Below, one piece after another: positions 10,985-21,928 of a stretch of DNA of 64,000 nucleotides. Both the position numbers and the translations under genes were made by a program. How positions within the stretch are numbered: position 1 is the first letter of the stretch; every line of letters begins with the position of its first letter. The stretch lies in the sequence record PZ452606.1. One strand, 5' to 3'. Source of the DNA: a phage. The notes under the pieces are model-generated. The model did no database searches. It was not told the DNA's origin and worked only from the letters and a program-made list of their open reading frames with translations.

Positions 10985-12115
10985 TTATGGATAGGTATAG
11001 ATGATACCAGTTTCTAAAGCAGTTTTATGAATGATGTATCCATTACGCGATTCTTGGACATCAACTTCTGGATAGTCTTTCATCATCTTCTGAAGAGTGT
11101 AACGATGCAGGTAGTATTTACTATCTGGATCTTCAGTTTTCCAATCTTTACCTTCTTCAGTCATTTTTTGAATTTCATCCATAACCCACCAACCGCACCA
11201 GATGTAAGCTGAAGTACGATGTGGAAGAGGATGAACATAAGGTAATTCACCTTCTGGTTCTGGAGCAACTTTATCAGTTACCTGAACTTGACCTTCTGTT
11301 GTAATAGTTTTGCTATCATAATCAGTAGCAGTAACAATTGCAGTAACTTCAATAGTTTGACTTCCAATAGATGAGGTATCAACGGTATATACATTAGTTG
11401 ACCCTTCTACAGGAGAAGAATCTTTCTTCCATGAATACGCAATTTGCGCTTCTTCTGGGGCATCAGTGACATTAGCGGTAAATGTAGCCGAAGCATCTTG
11501 TTGAACGTTAATAGAAGGAGGAGTCAATGTAACCTGCGGATTCATTGTCTTCTTATTAACCGTTAATGACACTTCATTAGAAGTAACTTCTTTTGCATCA
11601 TAATCTGTCGCGGTTACTTGAGCCACACACTTAATTGTTTTAACTCCGCTTGTGGTAGGAGTGTAATTGAATGTAGCAGAAGTTGCTTCGCCTACAGGAG
11701 AACCGTCAACGTGCCATTGATACGTAGCAGATGCTCCTGATGGCTGCGAAGCTAAAGTAGCGGTAAATTCAACAGCTGTTCCGATTACTCCAGCAGCGGG
11801 GCTATCAGGAGTTACTGCCAAGGTAGTTGTCTGTGTCTTGTTTTGAACTGTAATAGTTGTACTAATTTCAGCTGTTTCAGCTTCAGAATCAGGAATAGTA
11901 TTTGTTGCAACTACCTTAATAGTCTTTTGACCGGCAGGTCCTTTTAATACATAATCAAAAGTTGCTGCTGATCCTTCTTGGGGAGCATCATCTACACTCC
12001 AAGCATAGGTAATAGTTCCACCTCCAGTTTCACCACTGGGTGTAGCAGTAAACTGCTTGGTTTCATCAATAACCCCTGTTGGTGTTTTAGGAGTTATATC
12101 AACTGTAAAAGCCAT
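10985..12115 (-). CDS. hoc: Hoc, highly immunogenic outer capsid protein (Ig-like repeats)
   Basis: 376-aa ORF, Thr/Val-rich tandem Ig-like domain pattern; size and position match T4 Hoc. Confidence 0.9.
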   Translation of the reverse strand: MAFTVDITPKTPTGVIDETKQFTATPSGETGGGTITYAWSVDDAPQEGSAATFDYVLKGPAGQKTIKVVATNTIPDSEAETAEISTTITVQNKTQTTTLAVTPDSPAAGVIGTAVEFTATLASQPSGASATYQWHVDGSPVGEATSATFNYTPTTSGVKTIKCVAQVTATDYDAKEVTSNEVSLTVNKKTMNPQVTLTPPSINVQQDASATFTANVTDAPEEAQIAYSWKKDSSPVEGSTNVYTVDTSSIGSQTIEVTAIVTATDYDSKTITTEGQVQVTDKVAPEPEGELPYVHPLPHRTSAYIWCGWWVMDEIQKMTEEGKDWKTEDPDSKYYLHRYTLQKMMKDYPEVDVQESRNGYIIHKTALETGIIYTYP

Positions 12116-12124
12116 AAGTTATCC

Positions 12125-12805
12125 TTATTTTAATGTTACGAAAGAAGAATTGCGTGTTTCACGAATTAGAACTGATCCGTCGCGGTTAATGTAATAAATT
12201 AAGCTAAATAAAGTTTGGTGTGCTGACGCATGTTCAAAACTAGTTGGGTGAGATTTCCAATCAGGAGTTTCAGCAATCCATTGATAAATCCACCAAGGAA
12301 CAGTGCAGAATCCTGGATTTTTTCCAATCAGCTGAAGATTCGGGCTAAAGTTTTCCGGAAGAGTAAATACAGACGGCTTTTCAGATTCAATAATCTCAGC
12401 TACAGCTTGTTCGAATTTTTCTTCAACAAAAGGAGTGTCTTCAATCAAAACATCAGTATTTTCAGGAATTTTATCCGTTTCTACTACTTCAATTTTAATG
12501 TCAGATTTAACTGGAGAATCAATCAGAAGTGCTGCTTCTGGATTGACTTCTTCATCGTCATATTTTAATCCCTCTGCGGCATCAGCAGCATCAATTAAGT
12601 CTTTAATAGATAACCCATCAGTCTCTGGCATAGGTTCACTAGCGAGCTTCTGGAGGGCTTCTTCAATATCAACAACGATATTATCAAAAGATTTATTCTT
12701 TTTGACCTTTATACCAAACTGTTCAGCATATTCAGCTAATTTAGCTTTAGCTTCTTTATTATCATCAAGAGCCTTCAGCTCTGCAATATAATCTTTATCT
12801 ATCAT
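12125..12805 (-). CDS. inh: Inh, inhibitor of prohead protease
   Basis: 226-aa ORF immediately upstream of hoc on the - strand; size and position match T4 inh. Confidence 0.8.
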   Translation of the reverse strand: MIDKDYIAELKALDDNKEAKAKLAEYAEQFGIKVKKNKSFDNIVVDIEEALQKLASEPMPETDGLSIKDLIDAADAAEGLKYDDEEVNPEAALLIDSPVKSDIKIEVVETDKIPENTDVLIEDTPFVEEKFEQAVAEIIESEKPSVFTLPENFSPNLQLIGKNPGFCTVPWWIYQWIAETPDWKSHPTSFEHASAHQTLFSLIYYINRDGSVLIRETRNSSFVTLK

Positions 12806-12818
12806 AATATTTCCTCAG

Positions 12819-12826
12819 TATAAATA
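12819..12826 (+). promoter_or_regulatory. T4-type late promoter for uvsW
   Basis: Exact TATAAATA 30 nt upstream of the uvsW ATG. Confidence 0.6.
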
Positions 12827-12855
12827 TAGATATATTTATTACATGGTATTTAGAC

Positions 12856-14367
12856 ATGACTGACATTAAAGTACATTTTTATGATTTTAGTCACGTGAGA
12901 ATTGATTGTGAAGAAAGTACATTTCATGAACTCCGTGATTTCTTTAGCTTTGAAGCTGATGGGTATCGTTTTAATCCGAAGTACAAATATGGCAACTGGG
13001 ATGGACGAATCCGTCTTTTAGATTATAATCGTCTTCTTCCATTCGGCTTAGTCGGGCAAATTAAAAAGTTCTGTGATAACTTTGGCTATAAAGCCTGGAT
13101 TGACCCGCAAATTAACGAAAAAGAAGAATTATCAAGAAAAGATTTTGATGAATGGCTTTCTAAATTAGAAATCTATTCAGGAAATAAAAGAATTGAACCA
13201 CACTGGTATCAAAAAGATGCAGTGTTCGAAGGATTAGTTAATCGTCGTAGAATTCTTAATCTTCCAACATCTGCAGGTAAATCTTTAATTCAAGCTTTGC
13301 TTGCGCGATATTATTTGGAAAATTATGAAGGTAAAATTCTTATCATTGTTCCAACAACTGCTCTGACAACTCAGATGGCTGATGACTTCGTTGACTATCG
13401 TTTATTCAGTCATGCAATGATAAAGAAAATTGGTGGCGGAGCATCAAAAGATGATAAATATAAAAATGATGCACCAGTCGTTGTTGGTACATGGCAAACT
13501 GTAGTAAAACAACCAAAAGAATGGTTCTCACAGTTTGGAATGATGATGAATGATGAATGCCATCTTGCTACAGGAAAAAGTATTTCATCTATCATATCAG
13601 GTTTAAATAACTGCATGTTCAAATTTGGTCTATCTGGTTCATTACGTGATGGCAAAGCCAATATCATGCAGTATGTTGGAATGTTTGGTGAAATATTTAA
13701 GCCAGTAACGACTTCTAAGTTAATGGAAGATGGACAAGTAACTGAGCTAAAAATTAATAGTATTTTTCTTCGCTATCCTGATGAGTTCACTACTAAATTA
13801 AAGGGAAAAACTTATCAAGAAGAAATAAAAATTATTACGGGGCTTAGTAAAAGAAATAAATGGATCGCTAAATTAGCTATTAAGCTTGCGCAAAAAGATG
13901 AAAACGCTTTTGTCATGTTTAAACATGTATCACATGGTAAAGCTATTTTCGATTTAATTAAAAATGAATACGATAAAGTTTATTACGTATCAGGGGAAGT
14001 TGATACCGAAACCCGCAATATAATGAAAACCTTAGCTGAAAATGGTAAAGGAATAATTATAGTAGCTAGTTATGGTGTATTTTCTACTGGTATTTCAGTT
14101 AAAAATCTGCATCACGTTGTTTTAGCGCACGGTGTTAAATCAAAAATCATTGTATTACAAACAATCGGTCGTGTATTACGTAAGCATGGTTCTAAGACAA
14201 TAGCAACAGTCTGGGACCTCATAGATGATTGTGGTGTTAAGCCAAAATCTGCTAATACGAAAAAGAAATATGTTCATTTGAACTATCTTTTAAAACACGG
14301 CATTGATCGTATTCAGCGCTACGCAGATGAAAAATTCAATTACGTAATGAAAACAGTTAATTTATAA
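12856..14367 (+). CDS. uvsW: UvsW DNA/RNA helicase (SF2)
   Basis: 503-aa ORF; Walker A-like LPTSAGKS and DEAH-box-like MNDECH motifs; TATAAATA late promoter at 12819. Confidence 0.92.
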   Translation: MTDIKVHFYDFSHVRIDCEESTFHELRDFFSFEADGYRFNPKYKYGNWDGRIRLLDYNRLLPFGLVGQIKKFCDNFGYKAWIDPQINEKEELSRKDFDEWLSKLEIYSGNKRIEPHWYQKDAVFEGLVNRRRILNLPTSAGKSLIQALLARYYLENYEGKILIIVPTTALTTQMADDFVDYRLFSHAMIKKIGGGASKDDKYKNDAPVVVGTWQTVVKQPKEWFSQFGMMMNDECHLATGKSISSIISGLNNCMFKFGLSGSLRDGKANIMQYVGMFGEIFKPVTTSKLMEDGQVTELKINSIFLRYPDEFTTKLKGKTYQEEIKIITGLSKRNKWIAKLAIKLAQKDENAFVMFKHVSHGKAIFDLIKNEYDKVYYVSGEVDTETRNIMKTLAENGKGIIIVASYGVFSTGISVKNLHHVVLAHGVKSKIIVLQTIGRVLRKHGSKTIATVWDLIDDCGVKPKSANTKKKYVHLNYLLKHGIDRIQRYADEKFNYVMKTVNL

Positions 14368-14381
14368 GGGCTTCGGCCCTT
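14366..14381 (+). terminator. stem-loop between uvsW and uvsW.1 (UUCG loop)
   Basis: AAGGGC-TTCG-GCCCTT overlapping the uvsW stop. Confidence 0.45.
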
Positions 14382-14392
14382 TGGAGAAAAAG

Positions 14393-14623
14393 ATGTTACT
14401 AGAATTTAAACAATTTCTTTATGAAGCTTCTATTGATGAATTTATGGGTAAAATTGCCTCTTGTCAAACATTAGAAGGTTTAGAAGAACTTGAAGCTTAT
14501 TATAAGAAAAGAGTTAAAGAAACTGAATTAAAAGATACTGATGACATCTCTGTGAGAGATGCTTTGGCAGGAAAAAGAGCTGAATTAGAAGATTCAGACG
14601 ATGAAGTAGAAGAAAGCTTTTAA
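14393..14623 (+). CDS. uvsW.1: UvsW.1 small acidic protein
   Basis: Track ORF begins at a TTG; ATG at 14393 preceded by GGAG gives a 76-aa product (MLLEFKQFLYEAS...). Confidence 0.7.
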   Translation: MLLEFKQFLYEASIDEFMGKIASCQTLEGLEELEAYYKKRVKETELKDTDDISVRDALAGKRAELEDSDDEVEESF

Positions 14624-14678
14624 ATTAAAAAAGGCCCAACCAAAAAGGAAGGGCCAAAACTATAGACTAAAGGTCACA

Positions 14679-14846
14679 CTATAGCAAAAGTTGTGTTTCA
14701 TTTAATTGTTCTTCCGAACTTTCTGAAACTGGTAGTTCTTTAATGTAATTATAGCAAGGCCCAGGATGTACAGGACCTTTGTCTGTTTCAACAACCAATG
14801 CAGAATCGATTGGAGTTTTACAGACAACACAAATCTTATCTGACAT
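14679..14846 (-). CDS. small hypothetical protein (55 aa, CxxC), uvsY.-2 position
   Basis: Hand-translated ORF below track threshold: MSDKICVVCKTPIDSALVVETDKGPVHPGPCYNYIK...; minus-strand TATAAATA 27 nt upstream. Confidence 0.45.
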   Translation of the reverse strand: MSDKICVVCKTPIDSALVVETDKGPVHPGPCYNYIKELPVSESSEEQLNETQLLL

Positions 14847-14872
14847 GATTGTCTCCTCTGAATTATATATCT

Positions 14873-14880
14873 ATTTATAC
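14873..14880 (-). promoter_or_regulatory. T4-type late promoter (minus strand) upstream of the 55-aa ORF
   Basis: Reverse-complement TATAAATA (TATTTATA on +). Confidence 0.45.
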
Positions 14881-15099
14881 AACTCTCATATGCATATCAA
14901 TGCCCATATCTTTAGAATAAAAATATTCATCAAGATATCCGGCAAATTTTCCTTTAATATAAAGGACATCTTCACCACACGGGTGGTCGGCCAGGATACG
15001 AATATCCTGACGCTTAAGATTATGCTTTTTCATTAAGAATTGAATTTCCGTTTCAAATTCTTCTTCATAATTAAAAGCATCATCAATGCTATATCTCAT
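14875..15099 (-). CDS. hypothetical protein (uvsY.-1 position)
   Basis: 74-aa ORF abutting the uvsY stop (ATGA-type overlap). Confidence 0.6.
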   Translation of the reverse strand: MRYSIDDAFNYEEEFETEIQFLMKKHNLKRQDIRILADHPCGEDVLYIKGKFAGYLDEYFYSKDMGIDMHMRVV

Positions 15100-15512
15100 T
15101 ATTTTCCAGCCTCAAATGCTCGCATGTCTTGAATATGCTTAATAGCAAATCCGCGTGATTTAATAGCATCAAGAGCTCCGCTACAGAAATCCAATAAAAT
15201 TCCCCAATATTGCAATGAAGTATCAACTTTTAAAACATCCTTATCAGCTGATAGAACTGTCTTCATTTCTGATTTCTCATAACGGTCCATACTAAATTCA
15301 TCACCATCTCCTCGTCCCGAGTAGTAGTCTAATTTAGCTTTAAGAGCAACTTTTTTCTGTGCATCAATTCTAAGCATTTCCTTTTTAATACTTGAATGCT
15401 TATTGAGCCATTTACTATATAACATCACATTATTAGCTGCTTCATACTGTAATTTAGTCGAATCTATAAACACATCTTTCTTCAATTCTTCTTGAAGATC
15501 TTCTAATTTCAT
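15099..15512 (-). CDS. uvsY: UvsY recombination mediator
   Basis: 137-aa ORF (MKLEDLQEELKKDVFIDSTKLQYEAANN...) matching T4 UvsY in length and sequence as recalled; MotA-type middle promoter upstream. Confidence 0.93.
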   Translation of the reverse strand: MKLEDLQEELKKDVFIDSTKLQYEAANNVMLYSKWLNKHSSIKKEMLRIDAQKKVALKAKLDYYSGRGDGDEFSMDRYEKSEMKTVLSADKDVLKVDTSLQYWGILLDFCSGALDAIKSRGFAIKHIQDMRAFEAGK

Positions 15513-15553
15513 ATTGTTCTCTATTCAATTGTTATTGGATGGACTTAGATTCA

Positions 15554-15579
15554 TTATACCACGTTTATACGTGAAGCAT
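15554..15579 (-). promoter_or_regulatory. MotA-dependent middle promoter candidate for uvsY
   Basis: Minus strand reads ATGCTTCAC (MotA-box-like TGCTTCA) then 13 nt then TATAAT, ~40 nt upstream of uvsY. Confidence 0.5.
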
Positions 15580-15977
15580 TATACTCTGTTACTGGAAGCC
15601 AGTTGTAGTTTTATCTGCTCAATATCATCAGGGTTATCGATGACTGAAAAGCGTATTTCTACTATCAGAGTATAATCATCATAAACTGGTATTACATTAA
15701 CTGCTAATTTATCAATACGTGGCTCGTAGTTTCTTACTGCGCTTTCAATGTTACGCTCAACAGTATCAGCAGTAAGAGGAGTCATATTCTCAAAAAGCTG
15801 ATCAGATAAATCGCATCCAAACTCTGGGTCAAATGGCCTTGACCCTTTCCTGGTTGTAATAATTCCTAAAAGGCTATTTTTAATTGACCTTAATCCAAGA
15901 GATCTGGAAACGTCTTTGTCCCAATCCATTTTCATTTCTGGGTCAATGTCAGAATAAAGCTTATTAATATTTGCCAT
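15579..15977 (-). CDS. 25: baseplate wedge protein gp25
   Basis: 132-aa ORF; size and position match T4 gp25. Confidence 0.9.
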   Translation of the reverse strand: MANINKLYSDIDPEMKMDWDKDVSRSLGLRSIKNSLLGIITTRKGSRPFDPEFGCDLSDQLFENMTPLTADTVERNIESAVRNYEPRIDKLAVNVIPVYDDYTLIVEIRFSVIDNPDDIEQIKLQLASSNRV

Positions 15978-16603
15978 TACAATAGCTCAAAGAATTCTTT
16001 GAGTCCTCTTATTACATGAGCGTGAGTTTTTCCACACTCTGGACACTTAATTGGAACAGCCAAATAAACAGTAGGCTTTAAAAGCATATCTTTTATAGCT
16101 ACAATATCTGACTCTGTGATGATAGAGTATAAATCTTCCAGTTCTTTTTCATTTAAATCTTCAACTGGAATGCTTTCGCCGTTAGCATGAATCGTTTTTA
16201 TACATGATACTATCATGTGGGCTATATTTTTATCATCAAAAATTTTAGGGTAATGGAACTTAATTTTAATGTCACCCAGTGTATACCAGAGGTCTTCTGG
16301 TGCATCTATTTGTGTATGTAATAGATTTATATGGGTTGGTATTTCAGTTCCACAGGTGCACTTCCAGGAGTTTTCGTGATTAACTTCTCCAAGAGAATGC
16401 GCCCATAAATGAATCAGCAGTAGTTCTGATTCTTGGCGGTTTAAATCTTTTGCATTTGTGCAGTCTTTAATTAGCTTTTTAACGATCTCTTCTACTGAAC
16501 CGTTCTTTTTAGCAGTAATAAGTTCTAGATATTCTTTAAGAGTAAATGCGCGACAGTTGATTATTTTAGAACCAACTCTCACATCAAATTTGTATTCATA
16601 CAT
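15977..16603 (-). CDS. 26: baseplate hub protein gp26
   Basis: 208-aa ORF, Cys/His-containing; divergent from gene 51 with shared late-promoter region. Confidence 0.88.
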   Translation of the reverse strand: MYEYKFDVRVGSKIINCRAFTLKEYLELITAKKNGSVEEIVKKLIKDCTNAKDLNRQESELLLIHLWAHSLGEVNHENSWKCTCGTEIPTHINLLHTQIDAPEDLWYTLGDIKIKFHYPKIFDDKNIAHMIVSCIKTIHANGESIPVEDLNEKELEDLYSIITESDIVAIKDMLLKPTVYLAVPIKCPECGKTHAHVIRGLKEFFELL

Positions 16604-16624
16604 ATTTAGCTCCTTTATTTATCA

Positions 16625-16636
16625 TATTTATAAATA
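16625..16636. promoter_or_regulatory. overlapping divergent late promoters for genes 26 (-) and 51 (+)
   Basis: TATTTATAAATA contains TATAAATA on both strands between the divergent 26 and 51 starts. Confidence 0.65.
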
Positions 16637-16653
16637 GAATAAAAGGAGCATCT

Positions 16654-17403
16654 ATGGCAAACATTATTCGTTGTAAATTACCAGATGGTGTTCATCGTTT
16701 TAAACCATTTACGGTAGAAGATTATCGAGATTTTTTGTTAGTTCGAAACGATATAGAACATCGGTCACCACAAGAACAAAAAGAAATAATTACTGATTTA
16801 ATTGATGATTATTTTGGAGACTATCCGAAGACTTGGCAACCATTTATATTTTTGCAGGTATTTGTAGGGTCAATAGGTAAAACTAAAGTACCGGTCACAT
16901 TTGTATGTCCAAAATGTAAAAAAGAAAAGACAGTTCCATTTGAAATATATCAAAAAGAATTAAAGGAACCTGTTTTTGATGTAGCTAATGTTAAAATTAA
17001 ATTAAAGTTTCCTTCTGAGTTTTATGAAAATAAAGCAAAGATGATTACTGAAAATATTCATTCTGTTCAAGTAGATGAAACATGGTATGATTGGAAGGAA
17101 ATTAGCGAATCAAGTCAAATAGAACTTGTTGATGCCATCGAGATAGAAACATTAGAAAAAATTCTCGATGCAATGAATCCTATTAATTTAACATTGCATA
17201 TGTCATGCTGTAATAAGTATGTAAAAAAATACACTGATATAGTAGATGTGTTTAAGCTATTAGTTAACCCAGATGAAATATTTACTTTTTATCAAATCAA
17301 TCACACGCTCGTAAAAAGTAATTATAGCTTAAATTCAATAATGAAAATGATTCCTGCCGAGCGCGGATTCGTATTAAAACTGATTGAGAAGGATAAACAA
17401 TAA
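16654..17403 (+). CDS. 51: baseplate hub assembly protein gp51
   Basis: 249-aa ORF; TATAAATA at 16629; position before gene 27. Confidence 0.88.
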   Translation: MANIIRCKLPDGVHRFKPFTVEDYRDFLLVRNDIEHRSPQEQKEIITDLIDDYFGDYPKTWQPFIFLQVFVGSIGKTKVPVTFVCPKCKKEKTVPFEIYQKELKEPVFDVANVKIKLKFPSEFYENKAKMITENIHSVQVDETWYDWKEISESSQIELVDAIEIETLEKILDAMNPINLTLHMSCCNKYVKKYTDIVDVFKLLVNPDEIFTFYQINHTLVKSNYSLNSIMKMIPAERGFVLKLIEKDKQ

Positions 17404-18578
17404 TGAGTATGTTGCAACGCCCAGGATATCCAAATCTCAGCGTTAAATTATTTGATAGCTACGACGCTTGGAGTAATAATAGATTTGTTGAATTAGCTGC
17501 TACTATTACCACATTAACTATGCGGGATTCTCTTTATGGCCGAAATGAAGGAATGCTGCAGTTTTATGATTCTAAAAATATCCATACAAAAATGGATGGA
17601 AATGAAATAATTCAGATTTCTGTAGCTAATGCAAACGATATTAATAATGTTAAAACACGAATTTATGGATGTAAGCATTTTTCTGTATCTGTAGATTCAA
17701 AAGGTGATAACATCATTGCTATTGAATTAGGAACTATTCATTCTATAGAAAATCTTAAATTTGGCAGACCGTTTTTCTCTGATGCAGGTGAATCTATAAA
17801 GGAAATGCTTGGTGTCATTTATCAGGATCGCACGTTATTAACTCCAGCAATAAATGCTATAAATGCTTATGTTCCTGATATTCCATGGACTAGCACATTT
17901 GAAAACTATTTGTCGTATGTTAGAGAAGTTGCTCTAGCTGTAGGAAGTGACAAATTTGTATTTGTGTGGCAAGACATCATGGGAGTTAACATGATGGACT
18001 ATGATATGATGATAAATCAAGAACCGTATCCAATGATTGTCGGTGAGCCATCTTTAATAGGTCAATTCATCCAAGAATTAAAATATCCATTAGCATATGA
18101 TTTCGTTTGGTTGACTAAATCGAATCCTCATAAACGCGACCCAATGAAAAACGCTACTATCTATGCTCATTCATTTTTAGATTCTTCATTGCCAATGATT
18201 ACTACAGGAAAGGGAGAAAACTCTATTGTAGTGTCAAGGTCAGGTGCTTATTCTGAAATGACTTATAGGAATGGATATGAAGAAGCTATTCGTCTTCAAA
18301 CTATGGCACAATACGATGGCTATGCTAAATGTTCTACTGCCGGTAATTTTAACTTGACTCCTGGCGTTAAAATTATTTTTAATGATAGTAAAAACCAATT
18401 TAAAACAGAATTTTACGTTGATGAAGTTATCCACGAATTATCTAATAATAATTCAGTAACTCATCTATATATGTTCACTAATGCAACGAAACTGGAAACA
18501 ATAGACCCAGTTAAGGTTAAAAATGAATTTAAATCTGATACTACCACTGAAGAAAGTAGTTCTTCCAATAAGCAATAA
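17403..18578 (+). CDS. 27: baseplate hub protein gp27
   Basis: 391-aa ORF, ATGA overlap with gene 51; size matches T4 gp27. Confidence 0.92.
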   Translation: MSMLQRPGYPNLSVKLFDSYDAWSNNRFVELAATITTLTMRDSLYGRNEGMLQFYDSKNIHTKMDGNEIIQISVANANDINNVKTRIYGCKHFSVSVDSKGDNIIAIELGTIHSIENLKFGRPFFSDAGESIKEMLGVIYQDRTLLTPAINAINAYVPDIPWTSTFENYLSYVREVALAVGSDKFVFVWQDIMGVNMMDYDMMINQEPYPMIVGEPSLIGQFIQELKYPLAYDFVWLTKSNPHKRDPMKNATIYAHSFLDSSLPMITTGKGENSIVVSRSGAYSEMTYRNGYEEAIRLQTMAQYDGYAKCSTAGNFNLTPGVKIIFNDSKNQFKTEFYVDEVIHELSNNNSVTHLYMFTNATKLETIDPVKVKNEFKSDTTTEESSSSNKQ

Positions 18579-19056
18579 AGAAGTTTCTATTCCTAAAATG
18601 GGTCTTAAACATTATAACATTTTAAAAGATGTTAAAGGTCCTGATGAAAATTTAAAACTTCTTATTGATTCTATTTGCCCGAATTTATCACCAGCAGAAG
18701 TTGATTTCGTTTCCATTCATTTATTGGAATTTAATGGAAAGATTAAATCTCGTAAAGAAATAGATGGTTATACTTATGACATTAATGATGTTTATGTATG
18801 CCAAAGATTAGAATTTCAATACCAAGGAAATACATTTTATTTTAGACCTCCTGGAAAATTTGAACAATTTTTAACGGTGAGCGATATGTTATCCAAATGC
18901 TTGCTTAAGGTCAATGATGAAGTTAAAGAAATTAATTTTCTTGAGATGCCAGCATTCGTTTTAAAATGGGCAAATGATATTTTTACAACTTTAGCAATTC
19001 CTGGCCCTAATGGTCCAATAACTGGAATTGGCAATATTATTGGATTATTTGAATGA
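18523..19056 (+). CDS. 28: baseplate hub distal subunit gp28
   Basis: 177-aa ORF overlapping the 3' end of gene 27 by 56 nt; size matches T4 gp28. Confidence 0.85.
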   Translation: MNLNLILPLKKVVLPISNKEVSIPKMGLKHYNILKDVKGPDENLKLLIDSICPNLSPAEVDFVSIHLLEFNGKIKSRKEIDGYTYDINDVYVCQRLEFQYQGNTFYFRPPGKFEQFLTVSDMLSKCLLKVNDEVKEINFLEMPAFVLKWANDIFTTLAIPGPNGPITGIGNIIGLFE

Positions 19057-20825
19057 AAAAGCCACAAGAAATGCAAACGATGCGTAGAAAAGTTATTTCA
19101 GATAATAAACCAACACAGGAAGCGGCTAAATCCGCTTCCAATACTTTATCTGGACTTAACGATATATCTACGAAATTGGATGATGCTCAAGCTGCTTCTG
19201 AATTAATTGCTCAAACTGTCGAAGAAAAATCGAATGAAATAATTGGAGCAATTGACAATGTAGAAAGCGCAGTGAGTGATACTACTGCTGGTTCTGAGTT
19301 AATTGCTGAAACTGTCGAAATTGGCAACAATATTAATAAAGAAATCGGTGAATCGCTCGGAAGTAAATTAGATAAATTAACAAGTTTACTAGAGCAAAAA
19401 ATCCAGACAGCTGGAATTCAACAAACAGGAACTAGTTTAGCCACGGTTGAAAGCGCTATTCCTGTTAAAGTTGTTGAGGACGATACAGCTGAATCTGTGG
19501 GTCCTTTATTACCGGCTCCTGAAGCAGTTAATAATGATCCTGATGCTGATTTTTTCCCTACCCCTCAACCAGTTGAACCCAAACAAGAATCGCCAGAAGA
19601 AAAACAGAAAAAAGAAGCATTTAACTTAAAATTATCTCAAGCTTTAGATAAATTAACAAAGACTGTTGATTTCGGATTTAAGAAATCCATTTCAATTACT
19701 GATAAAATATCAAGCATGCTATTTAAGTATACCGTTAGTGCTGCTATTGAAGCTGCTAAAATGACTGCAATGATATTGGCTGTTGTTGTTGGAATAGACC
19801 TGTTGATGGTTCATTTCAAATATTGGTCAGATAAATTTTCACAGGCATGGGATTTATTTAGTACAGACTTTACTAAATTCTCTAGTGAAACGGGAACATG
19901 GGGTCCTTTATTACAGAGCATCTTTAGTTCTATCGATGAAATTAAAAAATTCTGGGAAGCGGGAGACTGGGGTGGTTTGACGGTAGCTATTGTAGAAGGG
20001 CTTGGAAAGGTTCTTTATAATTTAGGAGAACTTATTCAGCTTGGAATGGCTAAATTATCAGCAGCAATTCTTCGAGTTATTCCTGGTATGAAGGATACCG
20101 CTGATGAAGTAGAAGGAAGAGCGCTGGAAAATTTCCAAAATTCTACTGGAGCATCTCTCAATAAAGAAGACCAAGAAAAAGTAGCAAATTATCAAGATAA
20201 ACGAATGAATGACGATCTTGGTCCAATAGCAAAAGGATTAGATAAAATTGCTAATTGGAAAACCCGTGCATCTAACTGGATTCGTGGTGTTGATAATAAA
20301 GAAGCATTGACAACCGATGAAGAACGCGCAGCAGAAGAAGAAAAATTAAAGCAACTTTCACCTGAAGAAAGAAAAAATGCTTTAATGAAAGCTAATGAAG
20401 CTCGTGCCGCGATGATTCGTTTTGAAAAATACGCCGATTCGGCTGATATGAGTAAAGACTCAACGGTTAAATCAGTTGAAGCTGCCTATGAAGACCTTAA
20501 AAAACGAATGGATGACCCGGATTTAAATAATTCACCGGCAGTTAAAAAAGAACTTGCTGCTAGATTTTCTAAAATTGATGCTACTTATCAAGAGCTCAAG
20601 AAAAATCAGCCTAATGCCAAACCTGAAACTTCTGCTAAATCGCCAGAAGCAAAACAAGTCCAGGTAATAGAAAAGAACAAAGCACAGCAAGCTCCTGTTC
20701 AACAAGCATCTCCTTCAATCAATAATACTAATAATGTTATTAAGAAAAATACTGTCGTTCATAATATGACACCCGTAACGAGCACGACTGCTCCTGGTGT
20801 ATTTGATGCGACTGGAGTTAATTAA
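19053..20825 (+). CDS. 29: baseplate hub / tail length tape-measure protein gp29
   Basis: 590-aa ORF, long helical/Ala-rich composition with hydrophobic central segment; size matches T4 gp29. Confidence 0.9.
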   Translation: MKKPQEMQTMRRKVISDNKPTQEAAKSASNTLSGLNDISTKLDDAQAASELIAQTVEEKSNEIIGAIDNVESAVSDTTAGSELIAETVEIGNNINKEIGESLGSKLDKLTSLLEQKIQTAGIQQTGTSLATVESAIPVKVVEDDTAESVGPLLPAPEAVNNDPDADFFPTPQPVEPKQESPEEKQKKEAFNLKLSQALDKLTKTVDFGFKKSISITDKISSMLFKYTVSAAIEAAKMTAMILAVVVGIDLLMVHFKYWSDKFSQAWDLFSTDFTKFSSETGTWGPLLQSIFSSIDEIKKFWEAGDWGGLTVAIVEGLGKVLYNLGELIQLGMAKLSAAILRVIPGMKDTADEVEGRALENFQNSTGASLNKEDQEKVANYQDKRMNDDLGPIAKGLDKIANWKTRASNWIRGVDNKEALTTDEERAAEEEKLKQLSPEERKNALMKANEARAAMIRFEKYADSADMSKDSTVKSVEAAYEDLKKRMDDPDLNNSPAVKKELAARFSKIDATYQELKKNQPNAKPETSAKSPEAKQVQVIEKNKAQQAPVQQASPSINNTNNVIKKNTVVHNMTPVTSTTAPGVFDATGVN

Positions 20826-20833
20826 GGAATAAT

Positions 20834-21928
20834 ATGGCAATTGTTAAAGAAATAACTGCTGATTTAATTAAAAAGTCCGGTGAGAAAATTTCAGCCGGAC
20901 AGAGTACTAAATCAGAAGTAGTAACTAAAACATACACTGCCCAGTTTCCAACTGGGCGTGCTAGTGGTAATGACACCACAGGGGACTTCCAGGTAACAGA
21001 TCTATATAAGAATGGATTATTATTTACTGCATACAATATGTCATCTAGGGATTCTGGAAGTCTTAGATCGATGAGATCTAACTACTCTTCTTCATCTTCG
21101 AGTATTTTAAGTACAGCTAGAAACACTATTAGTAGTACAGTATCAAAACTATCAAATGGATTAATATCAAATAATAATTCAGGAACAATAAGTAAAGCTC
21201 CTGTCGCAAACATTCTTTTACCGAGATCTAAATCTGACGTTGATACGTCATCACATAGATTTAACGATGTTCAAGAAAGTCTTATCAGCAGAGGTGGAGG
21301 TACTGCTACTGGTGTGTTAAGTAATATTGCTTCAACTGCAGTGTTTGGGGCACTGGAAAGTATAACACAAGGTATAATGGCTGATAATAATGAACAGATT
21401 TATACGACAGCCAGAAGTATGTATGGTGGTGCTGAGAATAGAACTAAAGTGTTTACATGGGATTTGACTCCACGTTCAACAGAAGATTTGATGGCTATTA
21501 TCAATATCTATCAATATTTTAACTATTTTTCTTATGGTGAAACGGGCAAATCTCAATATGCTGCTGAAATAAAGGGGTATTTGGATGATTGGTATCGTTC
21601 TACGTTAATTGAACCTTTATCTCCGGAAGACGCAGCTAAAAATAAAACACTATTTGAGAAAATGACATCGAGCTTAACTAACGTTCTAGTAGTTTCAAAC
21701 CCGACAATTTGGATGGTGAAAAACTTTGGTGCAACATCTAAGTTTGATGGAAAAACGGAAATATTTGGTCCATGCCAAATACAGAGCATCAGATTTGATA
21801 AAACACCTAATGGTAACTTTAACGGATTAGCTATTGCTCCAAACCTCCCTAGTACATTTACTCTTGAGATTACTATGAGAGAAATTATCACGTTAAACCG
21901 TGCTTCTTTATATGCGGGGACTTTTTAA
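20834..21928 (+). CDS. 48: baseplate tail-tube junction protein gp48
   Basis: 364-aa ORF between 29 and 54. Confidence 0.9.
   Translation: MAIVKEITADLIKKSGEKISAGQSTKSEVVTKTYTAQFPTGRASGNDTTGDFQVTDLYKNGLLFTAYNMSSRDSGSLRSMRSNYSSSSSSILSTARNTISSTVSKLSNGLISNNNSGTISKAPVANILLPRSKSDVDTSSHRFNDVQESLISRGGGTATGVLSNIASTAVFGALESITQGIMADNNEQIYTTARSMYGGAENRTKVFTWDLTPRSTEDLMAIINIYQYFNYFSYGETGKSQYAAEIKGYLDDWYRSTLIEPLSPEDAAKNKTLFEKMTSSLTNVLVVSNPTIWMVKNFGATSKFDGKTEIFGPCQIQSIRFDKTPNGNFNGLAIAPNLPSTFTLEITMREIITLNRASLYAGTF

Noticed and set aside
12230-12791. Two plus-strand ORFs (112 and 118 aa) overlapping inh
   Set aside because: Antisense to inh, no start context, low-complexity sequence
18523-18578. 56-nt overlap of genes 27 and 28 as a possible programmed frameshift
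   Set aside because: gp28 has its own ATG and expected length; overlap matches the compact T4 arrangement and no slippery heptamer is evident
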